Source: Candidatus Sumerlaeaceae bacterium
Lineage (GTDB): Bacteria > Sumerlaeota > Sumerlaeia > Sumerlaeales > Sumerlaeaceae
Assembly (NCBI GenBank): GCA_049968255.1
Contig: JBMFRB010000006.1
Location: forward strand, 135,800 to 199,799
DNA: 64,000 nucleotides
Direction: 5' to 3'
The position numbers and the translations under genes are program-made. The notes under the pieces are model-generated. The model ran no database searches and had not been told where the DNA came from. It saw only the letters and a list, made by a program, of their open reading frames with translations. Shown here in pieces: positions 37,335-47,371 of the stretch (its first letter is position 1; each line of letters starts with the position of its first letter).

Positions 37335-38471
37335 TTATCTTCCGAAGAACGTTCGCACTGACTCGACGACGTAATCGACGTGCTCGCTTGGCAACTGCGG
37401 ATAGAGCGGCAGAGAGAGTGTGGTCAGCGCAACGTGCTCTGCAACAGGGAATTGTCCTTTTTGAAAACCGCGGTGGGCGTAGGCTGGCTGAAGATGGAGC
37501 GGAATTGGGTAATGAATGCCCGTCTCGATGCCGCGTGAAGCGAGAAATTTCTGCAGAGCGTCGCGCGCTTCGGTTTGTATTGCGAACAAATGCCGCGCGT
37601 GGATTCCTTCGTCGGTCAATTTTTGAAAGGTGAGGGGGAGATCCGCGAGCCCTTGTTCGTAGCGTGAACAAATCGTGTTGCGTCGCTCGACTGCCTTGGC
37701 CAATCCTTTCAGGCGCACGGACAACACAGCAGCCTGCAGGGTGTCGAGACGGTAGTTGAAACCCTCGCAGAGGTGGAGATATTTATCGCGCCGGCCATGA
37801 TTGACGAGACGGCGCACGTAGTCGGCGGTATGTTCATCGTCGGTGATGATTGCTCCTGCGTCGCCAAATGCACCAAGATTCTTTGCGGGAAAAAAACTGA
37901 AACAGCCGAGGCGTCCGAGTGTTCCTGCATGCTGTAAAGGGGCACCGGCGCGCGTGCGCAGAAAACCGCCATGTGCTTGAGCGCAGTCCTCGATGAGGAC
38001 GAGGTTATGGCGGCGGCAGATTTCGGCAATCTCATTGAGGCCGCTCGGGTTGCCGTGGAGATGAACGAAGATGACGGCGCGTGTGCGCGGCGAGATGGCA
38101 GCTTCCACAGCGGCGGGGTCGAGGTTGAGTGTTGCAGGGTTGATATCGGCGAAAACGACGTGTGCCCCTGCGTGTCCAATGGCTTCAGCCGTGGCGATGA
38201 AGGTCATGGGTGTGGTGATGACTTCGTCGCCTTGGCCAATGCCAACCGCGAGAAGGGCGAGATGAAGCGCCGAGGTCCCATTGGCGCACCCAACGGCGAA
38301 ACGGGTACCACAGAAGCGGGCGAATTCGCTCTCAAAATCATGGACAGCGCGGCCACCGATGAAATCTCCCTTTTCTAGCACGCGAGCGATTGCGGCCAAC
38401 GTGGCTGGCGCGGTTTCGTGGTAGGTAGCCAAAATGTCATTGAACCGAACCTTCGTTTCGCCGCAAGCCAT
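37335..38471 (-). CDS. DegT/DnrJ/EryC1/StrS sugar aminotransferase
   Basis: FIGG..V..FE, NGTSAL, TFIATAEAI, IEDCAQAHG, FSFFPAKNLGAFGDAG, N.RLDTLQAA, IHYP.PLH.QPAY. Confidence 0.93.
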   Translation of the reverse strand: MACGETKVRFNDILATYHETAPATLAAIARVLEKGDFIGGRAVHDFESEFARFCGTRFAVGCANGTSALHLALLAVGIGQGDEVITTPMTFIATAEAIGHAGAHVVFADINPATLNLDPAAVEAAISPRTRAVIFVHLHGNPSGLNEIAEICRRHNLVLIEDCAQAHGGFLRTRAGAPLQHAGTLGRLGCFSFFPAKNLGAFGDAGAIITDDEHTADYVRRLVNHGRRDKYLHLCEGFNYRLDTLQAAVLSVRLKGLAKAVERRNTICSRYEQGLADLPLTFQKLTDEGIHARHLFAIQTEARDALQKFLASRGIETGIHYPIPLHLQPAYAHRGFQKGQFPVAEHVALTTLSLPLYPQLPSEHVDYVVESVRTFFGR

Positions 38472-38585
38472 GGCAGAACACTTTTCGACAGCGCGTTCGC
38501 ATCGCAACTGAAATCGCGGAGATGCCGGCGTGAATTTGCAATTTTCCTTGTATTCCCATACTGGAAGTGGGAGCAGAGATAAGTC

Positions 38586-39260
38586 ATGCTGACCAAACGC
38601 CAATTCAATGCTATTTTTGTCGCTGCAGCAGCGATGTTGCTGCTGGTGGGATTCTCGCAGGTCCAACCTTCGGGTTGGCTGGAAGACTATCATCGGTTGG
38701 AACACATTGGCGGCGTGCCGATTGAGCAAGTGTGGGTAAACCCCGAGTTCGATCTCCGCGACTATCATACGCTGTATATTGCACCAGTGCAGGTGGACCA
38801 ACGGGCTTTGCCAAATCGGGGCGACAGCACACGCGAGATGGCGCAGCGGCTTGTGGAGGCGTTCCGCAAATCGCTGAACCGCTCACTTCAAGAGGTTGAA
38901 ATTTTCCGCATCGTTTCGACTGATCCTTATTTCTCGACGACGAAGCAGGGGACTTTGACGCTGCAAATGCGCGTCACGCAGTTCAGCCCCGGATGTCCGC
39001 CCGTGCGTGCACTTATTGGGTTTGGCGCTGGCGCCACAAAAGTTCAGGTGGAAGGCAAGTTGATTGATAATGCGACGGGAGAAGTTGTGGCGGAGTTTGC
39101 CGATCTGCGTATGCACCCAGGCGGTGCGCTTATTTGGGGCATCAAAACCGCCATGGACTCGGAATACCTGATCGGTGTGGACCTCAAGCAGCTCATTGAC
39201 GGGATCACGAAGCTCTTCATATTCTTACGAGAGGAAGGGCCGATCGGCCATCGACTCTGA
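38586..39260 (+). CDS. Exported DUF3313/DUF4410-like protein
   Basis: Signal-like N-terminus, SGWL.DY..L, R..IGFGAG...V.VE..L.D..TGE. Confidence 0.6.
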   Translation: MLTKRQFNAIFVAAAAMLLLVGFSQVQPSGWLEDYHRLEHIGGVPIEQVWVNPEFDLRDYHTLYIAPVQVDQRALPNRGDSTREMAQRLVEAFRKSLNRSLQEVEIFRIVSTDPYFSTTKQGTLTLQMRVTQFSPGCPPVRALIGFGAGATKVQVEGKLIDNATGEVVAEFADLRMHPGGALIWGIKTAMDSEYLIGVDLKQLIDGITKLFIFLREEGPIGHRL

Positions 39261-39440
39261 AAAACCTGTGCACGTGCTCGGCCAGAGAGGCGCTATCCCC
39301 GGAACAAAGCACGAGCCGGCAGCGGCAGGCCTGAGGCGCAGCGGGACAAGCCAGGGTGAGCTAAGTGAAGTTTCCTAACTCGGTGGCGTCGCACGGCGGA
39401 GCGGAGTGAACGTTGGTTGAGATTTGTCAGCAACACCCGG

Positions 39441-40469
39441 TCAGGCGTGTGATGCGTCCTCGCCTAGCCCTGTGAGAAATGCCGGATCACTGACAAACAC
39501 GTCGCCCACCTGAACCAGACGTCCATTGACTGCGGCGGTGGCTTCCATGGGCTGTTTATCCTGGGGCTGCACCATCCGCACGAGGATGTGGCTGTCGCCC
39601 GTGGCTACAGTGAAGCCACGTCCTCGCACAAGGGAAGTGACGCTTCCTGGAAGGGGCTTGTCGTCGGGCTCTTTTGCTTGTCTAGTTCTCAGAAACAAAC
39701 TATCAGCTTCGGGAAAAGGCTCGGCTTTGAGAATTTTCCACATGCGGCCATGGAGGAAACTGAAGGCCGACGGCCACGGCTGAAGCCCCCGAATGCGCCA
39801 GAGAATCTGGTCTGTGCGCAGCTCCCATGGCAGTAGTCCGTCGGATTTTTTGAGCATCGGGGCGTAGGTGGCCTGGGTGTGGTCCTGGGGGGTGCTCTCC
39901 ACTTTGCCTGTCTCCTCGATGCGGTCAAGCACCTGGAGCATCAGATTCGCACCGACAACGCTCAGCATGTTCGAGAGGCTGATCGTGTCGTCGTCGTCGA
40001 GGATCTCAACCTCTTCTGTGGCGATGATGTTGCCCGTGTCCATGCCTTCATCGAGCAGCATGATGGTGACGCCAGTGACGCGCTCGCCGTTGATGATTGC
40101 CCATTGCACAGGTGCAGCACCGCGGTACTTTGGCAGCAGCGAAGCATGAAGATTGATGCAGCCATATGGCGGCAACTGAAGAATTTCCGGCGGCAAAATC
40201 TTGCCATAGGCCACAACGACGATCGCATGGGGCTGGAATGGTACAAGAACGGTATGGAAATTCATGCCCCGGAGTTTTTCGGGCTGAAAGACAGGAATAT
40301 TGTGTTCGAGGGCTAGCTCTTTCACTGGTGGAGGCTGGAGCTTTTTTCCGCGGCCAGCAGGTTTATCTGGTTGCGTGACGACTGCCACAACTTGGTGGTG
40401 CTTGGATTCAATGAGTCGTTTGAGTGTAGGTACGGCAAAAAATGGTGTTCCCATGAAAATGATTCGCAC
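39441..40469 (-). CDS. fmt: Methionyl-tRNA formyltransferase
   Basis: IIFMGTP.FA, VVTQPDKP.GRG, VVAYGKILP, INLHASLLPKYRGAAP, GMDTG. Confidence 0.96.
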   Translation of the reverse strand: MRIIFMGTPFFAVPTLKRLIESKHHQVVAVVTQPDKPAGRGKKLQPPPVKELALEHNIPVFQPEKLRGMNFHTVLVPFQPHAIVVVAYGKILPPEILQLPPYGCINLHASLLPKYRGAAPVQWAIINGERVTGVTIMLLDEGMDTGNIIATEEVEILDDDDTISLSNMLSVVGANLMLQVLDRIEETGKVESTPQDHTQATYAPMLKKSDGLLPWELRTDQILWRIRGLQPWPSAFSFLHGRMWKILKAEPFPEADSLFLRTRQAKEPDDKPLPGSVTSLVRGRGFTVATGDSHILVRMVQPQDKQPMEATAAVNGRLVQVGDVFVSDPAFLTGLGEDASHA

Positions 40470-40764
40470 AGATCCTCACCTCATCGATCAAAGCTTGGGG
40501 GCAACGCGTATGAATGAACTTTCGTGATGGTGGTGAATTTGAGCAACTAAGAATTTGCCTATGTCATTCTTTCCGGGGGCGGGCAAAATGAGTGGCATTT
40601 TGTGCGGGCGTGGTGGCCTGAGCCAGTGATTTATCGTTTTCGCGAGAACGCGGAGTGCGCGGGGACACACGACCCCGAAGTGAGTGCCGTGCGGCGCAAG
40701 GCATGATTTTTCTGCTAGGCAGCAGCTGTTCAAGGCATATAATAACCATCGAGGACCAACGCGC

Positions 40765-41316
40765 ATGATGAACTGGTTGAAAATAGACGTTCTCAAACTG
40801 CGGGAAGGCCCGATAGACCTCGAGCTCGATTGCAAACCCGAGGCGCTAGATCTGGTGGACCGCGAGTATCGCTTCCGCAAGCGAGTGGCGGGACTTGTGC
40901 ATTTCTCGCTGGTTGAGCATCGCGTGCGGGCCAAAGGCTATGTGGAAACAGTCGCCGAGGCTGAATGTGTGCGGTGCTTGAAAGTTGTCGAGGTGCCGAT
41001 CCGCGGTGTACTCGACATTTTTTATGAAAATAACCCTTCGCTCCTTACTCTGGAAGCGCAGCTGGGGGCGGGCGAGGACGAAAACCTCTATTGGTTCGAC
41101 GGGGAGATCATCCATCCCGAAGAGCAGTTGCGCGAGGCGTTGATGATCGAACTGCCGATGTTGCCGTTGTGTTCGCCGGATTGCAAAGGACTGTGTGCAC
41201 AATGCGGGGCGGATCTCAACGAGGGCCCCTGCCAGTGCCGACTGACAGCGCAACCCTTGGAGGAAGTTGATGCATCGGACTGGAAAGCGCAACTGAAAAA
41301 GATACGTCTGCCGTAA
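40765..41316 (+). CDS. yceD: YceD/DUF177 family protein
   Basis: ECVRCL, LPM.PLCSPDCKGLCAQCGADLNEGPC.C, W..L. Confidence 0.9.
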   Translation: MMNWLKIDVLKLREGPIDLELDCKPEALDLVDREYRFRKRVAGLVHFSLVEHRVRAKGYVETVAEAECVRCLKVVEVPIRGVLDIFYENNPSLLTLEAQLGAGEDENLYWFDGEIIHPEEQLREALMIELPMLPLCSPDCKGLCAQCGADLNEGPCQCRLTAQPLEEVDASDWKAQLKKIRLP

Positions 41317-41362
41317 CCCGCGGGCGCAAGGTGTAGGATTGTGCGGGGAAAAGGATGGTGAT

Positions 41363-41863
41363 ATGGGATTGGATTACGAACAACTACTCATTTTCAATGA
41401 ACTGAGCGAGATTATCCGCTGGCAGAATCAATGCATCGAGCGGATGCAGTCGTTCCGTGAGAAATACCCTTATCTTATTCCGCCCAATGTGGCACGTATG
41501 GTTGAGGAGAATCTGAAAGAAAACGTTCAGATTCTTTATCGCGAGCTCAACCACCTGCATAAACCGAAGAAGGAGAAGCGGCGGCACGTTTGTCAGCGGT
41601 GTCACGGCGTTTTCTTTGTGGCTCTGCCCGGAGGGCTGTGCGATGAATGCCGCGCCAAGGAGGCCGCACTGGCCAACAAGCCTAAGTACGGGCGAGTAGC
41701 GCCGCCGCTGGGTGCAACGAAAGCTGGGGCACCAAACCCACAGGAGGAGACTACGGCGGCCACGGCGACTCCGCTGTCGGAGGAGAGCGAGAGAGAAGCT
41801 GTTGTGGAGCCGGAGACTGGCACGGAACCACCTGACGGCTTGATCCCAAAGGAAGACAATTGA
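41363..41863 (+). CDS. Hypothetical protein with a CxxC...CxxC Zn ribbon and an acidic low-complexity tail
   Basis: CQRCHG...GLCDEC; RBS-like AAGGATGG upstream. Confidence 0.65.
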   Translation: MGLDYEQLLIFNELSEIIRWQNQCIERMQSFREKYPYLIPPNVARMVEENLKENVQILYRELNHLHKPKKEKRRHVCQRCHGVFFVALPGGLCDECRAKEAALANKPKYGRVAPPLGATKAGAPNPQEETTAATATPLSEESEREAVVEPETGTEPPDGLIPKEDN

Positions 41864-41974
41864 TCCGCATTGCGCTCTGTGAAGCGCACGCGGCACCCCG
41901 TGCATGCGTTTTCTCTGGAAATGCCCTGTTGACACCTGAATCTGTGTTGCAAGCCAACATGGGGGCTGCTTGCA

Positions 41975-43426
41975 TTGGAGAGGTCTATCGTGACGAGTGT
42001 GCTTAGGATCCTTCTGGTCGAAGACGATCGGCCTTTTGCCGAGAGGCTGAAGAAAAATCTCGAGTTGAGTTCCTACTCAGCAGTCATCGCGGAGAGTACG
42101 GAACAAGCCTTGACGCTCTTACGCGACCAGAATTTTGACCTCATCGTGACGGATATTCGGCTTCCTGGCGCAAGCGGTCTTGAACTTATTCGGCGTGTGA
42201 AAACGGAACCGGTTGTCGGTGCAGATCCGGACACACCGATCATCGTGCTGACGAGCGTGAGCAATGTTGAGACTGCTGTGGAGGCCATGAAGCTTGGTGC
42301 GGCTGATTACATCACCAAAGAGGCCGAGCGGCAGGAGATTCTCATCCGGATTGGAAAAGTAGTGGAGCAAGCGCGATTGGCAAACGAAAACCGTTTGCTG
42401 CGTGCCCAACTTGCCGAACGCGACGAATTTCGCGAAATCATCGGCGAGAGCCCGCAAATCCAGCGGATCAAGGAAGAAATCTCACAAATCGCTCAGAGCG
42501 ACGTGACCGTATTGATTACCGGCGAGACCGGTGTGGGCAAGGAACTCGTGGCGCGCGCGATTCACCGAACGAGTCCGCGGGCGAAAGGGCCCTTTGTGGA
42601 GGTGAACTGTGCAGCTCTGCCTGACGATAATCTTTTCCAAAGCGAAGTGTTCGGCCACGAAAAGGGCGCTTTCACCGACGCATCCTATTTGCGCAAGGGG
42701 AAGTTCGAGCTTGCCCACGGTGGCACGCTTTTCATGGACGAAATCGCAGAATTGTCGCGTGAGTCGCAGGCGAAAATCCTGAAGGCGCTCGAACAGCAGA
42801 CTTTCACGCGGTTGGGTGGGATGCGTCCTATCAGTGTGAATTGCCGGTTTATTTTCGCGACGAATAAGGATCTGCGTGCCGAGATGGATGCGGGCAATTT
42901 TCGCAAGGATCTTTACTATCGGGTGGCGGTCTTTCTGATTCACGTTCCGCCGTTGCGTGAACGCCCCGCGGATATTCCCCTGCTAGCGAAATTTTTCGCA
43001 GATCAGTTCGCGCGCAAGTACAACAAGCCACCATTATTCTTCGAGGAAGGTGCGATGGCGTTGCTGCGTAATTATCCCTACCCTGGGAATATCCGTGAGC
43101 TGCGCAATATCATTGAGCGACTAGCAATCCGGGTGCGCGGGGACGTGATCACGCGGCGCGACGTTGAAGAGATCGGTCTGGGGCAAGGGCCTTCAAGCAC
43201 ACTCCCAAGAAACAGCGTTGTCAGCCTCCCGGAAGAGGGGGTGAATCTTGAGGAGGTGGAACGACAGCTTGTTATCGAGGCGCTGGAGCGCACAGGTTGG
43301 AATCAAAAAGAAGCTGCGGCACTGCTGCGCATCAGCGTTGACCGCATGCATTCGCGTGTGAAGAAGTTTGGTCTAAAGCATCCATCGTGGCGTGTCCATA
43401 AAGCGACGGAGGAAAGCTCTTCATGA
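41975..43426 (+). CDS. Sigma54-dependent response regulator (NtrC/AtoC family)
   Basis: REC domain (VEDD, TDIRLPG, K), GETGVGKE, NCAAL, GHEKGAFTDA, FRKDLYYR, PGNIRELRN, Fis HTH. Start may be GTG 41990. Confidence 0.93.
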   Translation: MERSIVTSVLRILLVEDDRPFAERLKKNLELSSYSAVIAESTEQALTLLRDQNFDLIVTDIRLPGASGLELIRRVKTEPVVGADPDTPIIVLTSVSNVETAVEAMKLGAADYITKEAERQEILIRIGKVVEQARLANENRLLRAQLAERDEFREIIGESPQIQRIKEEISQIAQSDVTVLITGETGVGKELVARAIHRTSPRAKGPFVEVNCAALPDDNLFQSEVFGHEKGAFTDASYLRKGKFELAHGGTLFMDEIAELSRESQAKILKALEQQTFTRLGGMRPISVNCRFIFATNKDLRAEMDAGNFRKDLYYRVAVFLIHVPPLRERPADIPLLAKFFADQFARKYNKPPLFFEEGAMALLRNYPYPGNIRELRNIIERLAIRVRGDVITRRDVEEIGLGQGPSSTLPRNSVVSLPEEGVNLEEVERQLVIEALERTGWNQKEAAALLRISVDRMHSRVKKFGLKHPSWRVHKATEESSS

Positions 43427-44421
43427 CCAGCGACCGAAAACGGGTGGCAATCACGCGGCGTATCCACGAGCGGGCACGCGAGATATTGGAGCAGGCGGGC
43501 TTTGAAGTGTGGATCAACCCAGAGCCGCGCGCGCTCACGCGCGACGAACTTCGGCGAGTGCTACGTCATTTTGACGCGATGATTTGCTTGTTGAACGATC
43601 GCATTGACGCTCAGCTGCTCGAGGAGGCGACCCGGGTGAGGCTCATTGCAAATTATGCAGTGGGCTACGATAATTTCGACGTGGAAGCCGCGACGCGTCG
43701 CGGCGTTGCCTTGACGAACACTCCGGACGTACTGACGAACGCGACGGCAGAGCTGGCTTGGGCCTTGCTTTTCGCCGCAGCACGACATGTGGCGGCGGGA
43801 GATCGCTTCGTGCGGGAGGGGCGTTTCCATGGTTGGGATCCGCTCCTGTTGCTGGGCCACGAGATCGCAGGCAAAGCGTTGGGAATCGTCGGTGCCGGCC
43901 GCATCGGAACGGCTATGGCTAAACGCGCTGTGGGCTTCGATATGCGGATTCTTTACACGAAACGTTCGGGACCATCTCCCCAGCTGGATGCGCTGGGGGC
44001 AAAATTTGCAGCTCTCGATGATCTCTTACGCGAGAGCGACTTTGTTTCGATTCACACGCCCCTCACACCCGAGACTCACCACCTTATTAATCGCGAGAAG
44101 CTCGGGCTCATGAAGCCGACCGCCATCCTTGTGAATACGGGGCGCGGGCCGGTTGTGGACGAGGCAGCGCTGGCCGAAGCACTGGCTGAAGGCCGGTTGG
44201 CTGCCGCTGGGCTCGATGTGTACGAGCGCGAGCCTGTTGTGGAACAGCGCCTCTTAGGCCTCCCAAACGTTGTGCTGCTACCGCACATTGGAAGCGCAAC
44301 GTACGAAGCGCGGGCGGCAATGGCAGAACTCGCAGCACTCAATATTCTCGACTTCTTTGAGGGGCGAGTGCCAAGAACTTGCATTAATCCAGAATACGTA
44401 AGATACGCTGCGAAAAGCTAG
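43423..44421 (+). CDS. D-glycerate dehydrogenase / glyoxylate reductase (D-2-hydroxyacid dehydrogenase)
   Basis: AVGYDN.D, NTPDVLT.ATAE, GIVGAGRIG, N.GRGPVVDE, GLDVYE.EP, PHIGSAT. Confidence 0.92.
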   Translation: MTSDRKRVAITRRIHERAREILEQAGFEVWINPEPRALTRDELRRVLRHFDAMICLLNDRIDAQLLEEATRVRLIANYAVGYDNFDVEAATRRGVALTNTPDVLTNATAELAWALLFAAARHVAAGDRFVREGRFHGWDPLLLLGHEIAGKALGIVGAGRIGTAMAKRAVGFDMRILYTKRSGPSPQLDALGAKFAALDDLLRESDFVSIHTPLTPETHHLINREKLGLMKPTAILVNTGRGPVVDEAALAEALAEGRLAAAGLDVYEREPVVEQRLLGLPNVVLLPHIGSATYEARAAMAELAALNILDFFEGRVPRTCINPEYVRYAAKS

Positions 44422-46421
44422 GAGGACGATCGGTCGGGCTGCAGGCGTCGCGCGCGAAACAGATCACGGATCTGTAAGAGAACGCCGGCCACGACAACGA
44501 GAAAGCAGCATACGCCCCACCAATCGCCGAAGCGGACTGCTAGTGTTTCAGGGGGAGAAGAACAAATCCTGATCGTAGCGAAGAGTACCCCTTCATGGCG
44601 CCACGGTAGCCACTGCCTTACGATTCCCTCGGGCGTGACGAGCGCGCTGATGCCGGTGTTAGCGACGCGCAAAACAGGGCGGCGGGTCTCTATGGCACGC
44701 AATACTGCATGGGCGAAATGCTGAATGGGCCCCCTGTTGAGGAAGACCGCTAGCGGGGGAAGGGAAAATGCTCGACGCCAAGCAGTGCTCCAAAATAGCG
44801 CTAGGCGCGAGCCGGCCGAGCCGTCAGTGTCGGGGGAGCGCCAGAAATCCTCATGGGAGCGAAGGTGGGATGGGTCGTACCATCCGTCGTTGGTGATGAT
44901 GCAGATAAGTTGAGCTCCGCGGCGAGCATAGGAACGGGCCAACTCCGCAAATGTCGATTCGAAACAGATCATGACGCCGAAGTTCGTTTCGTGGGACCGA
45001 AAAATCGTATACTCGGTGCCACGGGCGTAGGTGCCCACCATCAGGATCCATTCCTGGAAGTAGGGAATCTTGTCTAAGATGGGGGCAGTCTCGCCAAACG
45101 GAACAAGGTGGATTTTGTCGTACACCGTTGATGTCAGGCCGGTTTCTGATCGCACGAAAAATGCCGAAACGGTGGAGACCATCGGCTGGCGCTCGCAGGG
45201 ATACGTGGTGCCATCAGCAGCCATGCAAATTTCAAGCGCAGGGAGAGGGCGTGAGAACGTCCCGCTAAATGGCGAAGCCAGACGTGCGGTATAGGAGGTC
45301 GCGGGCTCCCGGCGGTCGGCCCCGAAAAGAATATCTGCGCGGCAGGTGCGCGACAACAGTTCCAATTCTTTATGCAGCACACGGTCGTAAACGAAGTAAT
45401 TGGAATTAAAGGCTGATTCAGGTAGCACAAGAAGGTCGAGGGGGTTTGACGTGGCGGTACAAGCCCGGGCGATGAGCGAGAGAGTCCGGCTTGTCATCTC
45501 GTAGTCGAGGAGGTTTGCTACGTCCGGATCAGGGGCGGCATAGAATCGCATCTTCTCAACTTGGGCAATGTTGGCCTGAAGCGCTGCTACATGCAAATCT
45601 CTGCTCTCGGCCTTACATTTAGGAAAGAGCAGCGGGTAAAAGCCAAATTGAAAAAGCAGGAGAGCGCCAGCGATGACAACGGGAACTCGCAGTTGTACGG
45701 GGGTGCTGTGAGGTGAGGGAAGCCCCTTGTGGCCTTTCTGGAGCAAGCGAAGTAGAGTCAGCGCAAGTGTGGCATTGAGGTAAGCAATTGGCCAGCTCAC
45801 TGTGCTCCCGCCGGAGAGGTCTGCCACCTGGCAGGCCCATGCGTTGCCCAGTGCTTGCGAGTGGCCGAGGAAGTTCCACGGAAACGCGAACGGGCCGAGG
45901 GTGCGCGCATATTCGACGCCCACCCACGTCGTGGCGAGGATCGCTGGCCACATCACGGATGAGCTTTGCCGGAACAAGCGACGGGCAACTGCCGCGAAAA
46001 TCAGCGTGAAGCCTGCTTGGGCAAGTGGCAAAAGGACAACGCCCAACGGAATGAAGGGATTAAACGGGATAAGGGTGGCTAGCCACACGAGTGAGGTAAA
46101 ATGCCAAAGGAATCCGAACACTAGTGTCCCGCTCACCCAGCGTCGCGAGCGTTCGCCACAGAGGGCCATGAAAAAAGGTGCGAGGGCAATCCAAGCAAGT
46201 GGCCAACTTCCCAAGGCAAAGACTGGAATCGCTTGCGCGCTGCCGGCATCCCACCGGATGCCACGAACGACGTGAGCGAACGTTGGTCCCCCAAGAAGGC
46301 CGCTGAGTATACAGCCTCCCCAAAAGTAGCGTGCTGGCAAATTCCACACCGCAGCTTCAGCAACGAATGTGCGCCAACGCTGCTCGGTGGTGGCTGAATC
46401 TCGCGGCGGGGAGGCACTCAT
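44418..46421 (-). CDS. lnt: Apolipoprotein N-acyltransferase
   Basis: FPW..LGHSQ, Q.NI.Q..K, LPES (Glu), YDKIHLVPFGE (Lys), ICFES (Cys), TNDGWY, QH, RAIE, R.ANTGIS. Confidence 0.92.
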   Translation of the reverse strand: MSASPPRDSATTEQRWRTFVAEAAVWNLPARYFWGGCILSGLLGGPTFAHVVRGIRWDAGSAQAIPVFALGSWPLAWIALAPFFMALCGERSRRWVSGTLVFGFLWHFTSLVWLATLIPFNPFIPLGVVLLPLAQAGFTLIFAAVARRLFRQSSSVMWPAILATTWVGVEYARTLGPFAFPWNFLGHSQALGNAWACQVADLSGGSTVSWPIAYLNATLALTLLRLLQKGHKGLPSPHSTPVQLRVPVVIAGALLLFQFGFYPLLFPKCKAESRDLHVAALQANIAQVEKMRFYAAPDPDVANLLDYEMTSRTLSLIARACTATSNPLDLLVLPESAFNSNYFVYDRVLHKELELLSRTCRADILFGADRREPATSYTARLASPFSGTFSRPLPALEICMAADGTTYPCERQPMVSTVSAFFVRSETGLTSTVYDKIHLVPFGETAPILDKIPYFQEWILMVGTYARGTEYTIFRSHETNFGVMICFESTFAELARSYARRGAQLICIITNDGWYDPSHLRSHEDFWRSPDTDGSAGSRLALFWSTAWRRAFSLPPLAVFLNRGPIQHFAHAVLRAIETRRPVLRVANTGISALVTPEGIVRQWLPWRHEGVLFATIRICSSPPETLAVRFGDWWGVCCFLVVVAGVLLQIRDLFRARRLQPDRSSS

Positions 46422-47302
46422 GTGCTGAGATTTTTCGCACACCAAAGCGTGTTGTGCAAGAGCATGGCGATGGTCATGGGACCAATTCCGCCTGGAACAG
46501 GGGTGATGGCGCCCGCAATAGCCCTCGCATTCTCAAAGTCGACGTCTCCCACCAAACGATAGCCTCGAAGCGCCTCTGGATCATCTACGCGGTTGATGCC
46601 TACGTCGATCACTGTGGCTCCAGGTTTTATCCAGCCTGCCTTGATAAAATGTGGTCTCCCCACCGCTGCGATGAGAATATCGGCTTGGCGGAGAATCTGA
46701 GGGAGGTTTTCAGAACGCGAATGACATACGCAAACTGTGGCATCACCGCCAGGCCCCTTGCGCATGAGAAGTGCGGCGATTGGCTTGCCAACGATGTTGC
46801 TTCGGCCGACGACGACAGCAAACTTGCCGGACGTTTCTATCTTCTCTTCCAGCAAAAGCCGCTGAATGCCGAGCGGTGTGCAGGGAACTGGGGCTGGCAG
46901 ACCAAGCACAAGCTTTCCGACGTTCAAAGGATGGAAGCCGTCTACATCCTTTTCGGGACGAATCCGCTGCAATAAGGCTTGATCATCAAGGTGCTCGGGA
47001 AGAGGAAGTTGGAGAAGGATGCCATGAACGAGCGGGTTGGCGTTGAGCTTATCTATGGTCTCCTCGATCCGCTTTTGGGGAGTATCCGCCGGTAGCTGAA
47101 TGACCTCCGAGTACCATCCTAGATCGAGGCAAGCCTTACGCTTGCTTCGCACGTAGACTTGCGATGCGGGGTTTTCGCCGACAAGGATGACAACAAGTCC
47201 TGGCCGCACGCGAGTGCGCGTTGTGAAGGTCTCGGCCTCGACCATAAGTTGTTCGCGAATGCGTGCGGCTATCGCCGTTCCATCAATGATTCTTGCACTC
47301 AT
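46418..47302 (-). CDS. folD: Bifunctional methylenetetrahydrofolate dehydrogenase/cyclohydrolase
   Basis: IIDG, YVRSK, GILLQLPLP, KDVDGFHP.N.G, PCTP.G, GRSNIVGKP, DVGINR, TPVPGG.GPMT. Confidence 0.97.
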   Translation of the reverse strand: MSARIIDGTAIAARIREQLMVEAETFTTRTRVRPGLVVILVGENPASQVYVRSKRKACLDLGWYSEVIQLPADTPQKRIEETIDKLNANPLVHGILLQLPLPEHLDDQALLQRIRPEKDVDGFHPLNVGKLVLGLPAPVPCTPLGIQRLLLEEKIETSGKFAVVVGRSNIVGKPIAALLMRKGPGGDATVCVCHSRSENLPQILRQADILIAAVGRPHFIKAGWIKPGATVIDVGINRVDDPEALRGYRLVGDVDFENARAIAGAITPVPGGIGPMTIAMLLHNTLWCAKNLST

Positions 47303-47371
47303 GACAGGCTCCAATCCTTCCGTGCCGCTGGCACAAAGTAAACGGATTTTTTCAATTCTGGCGGCGCTGTC

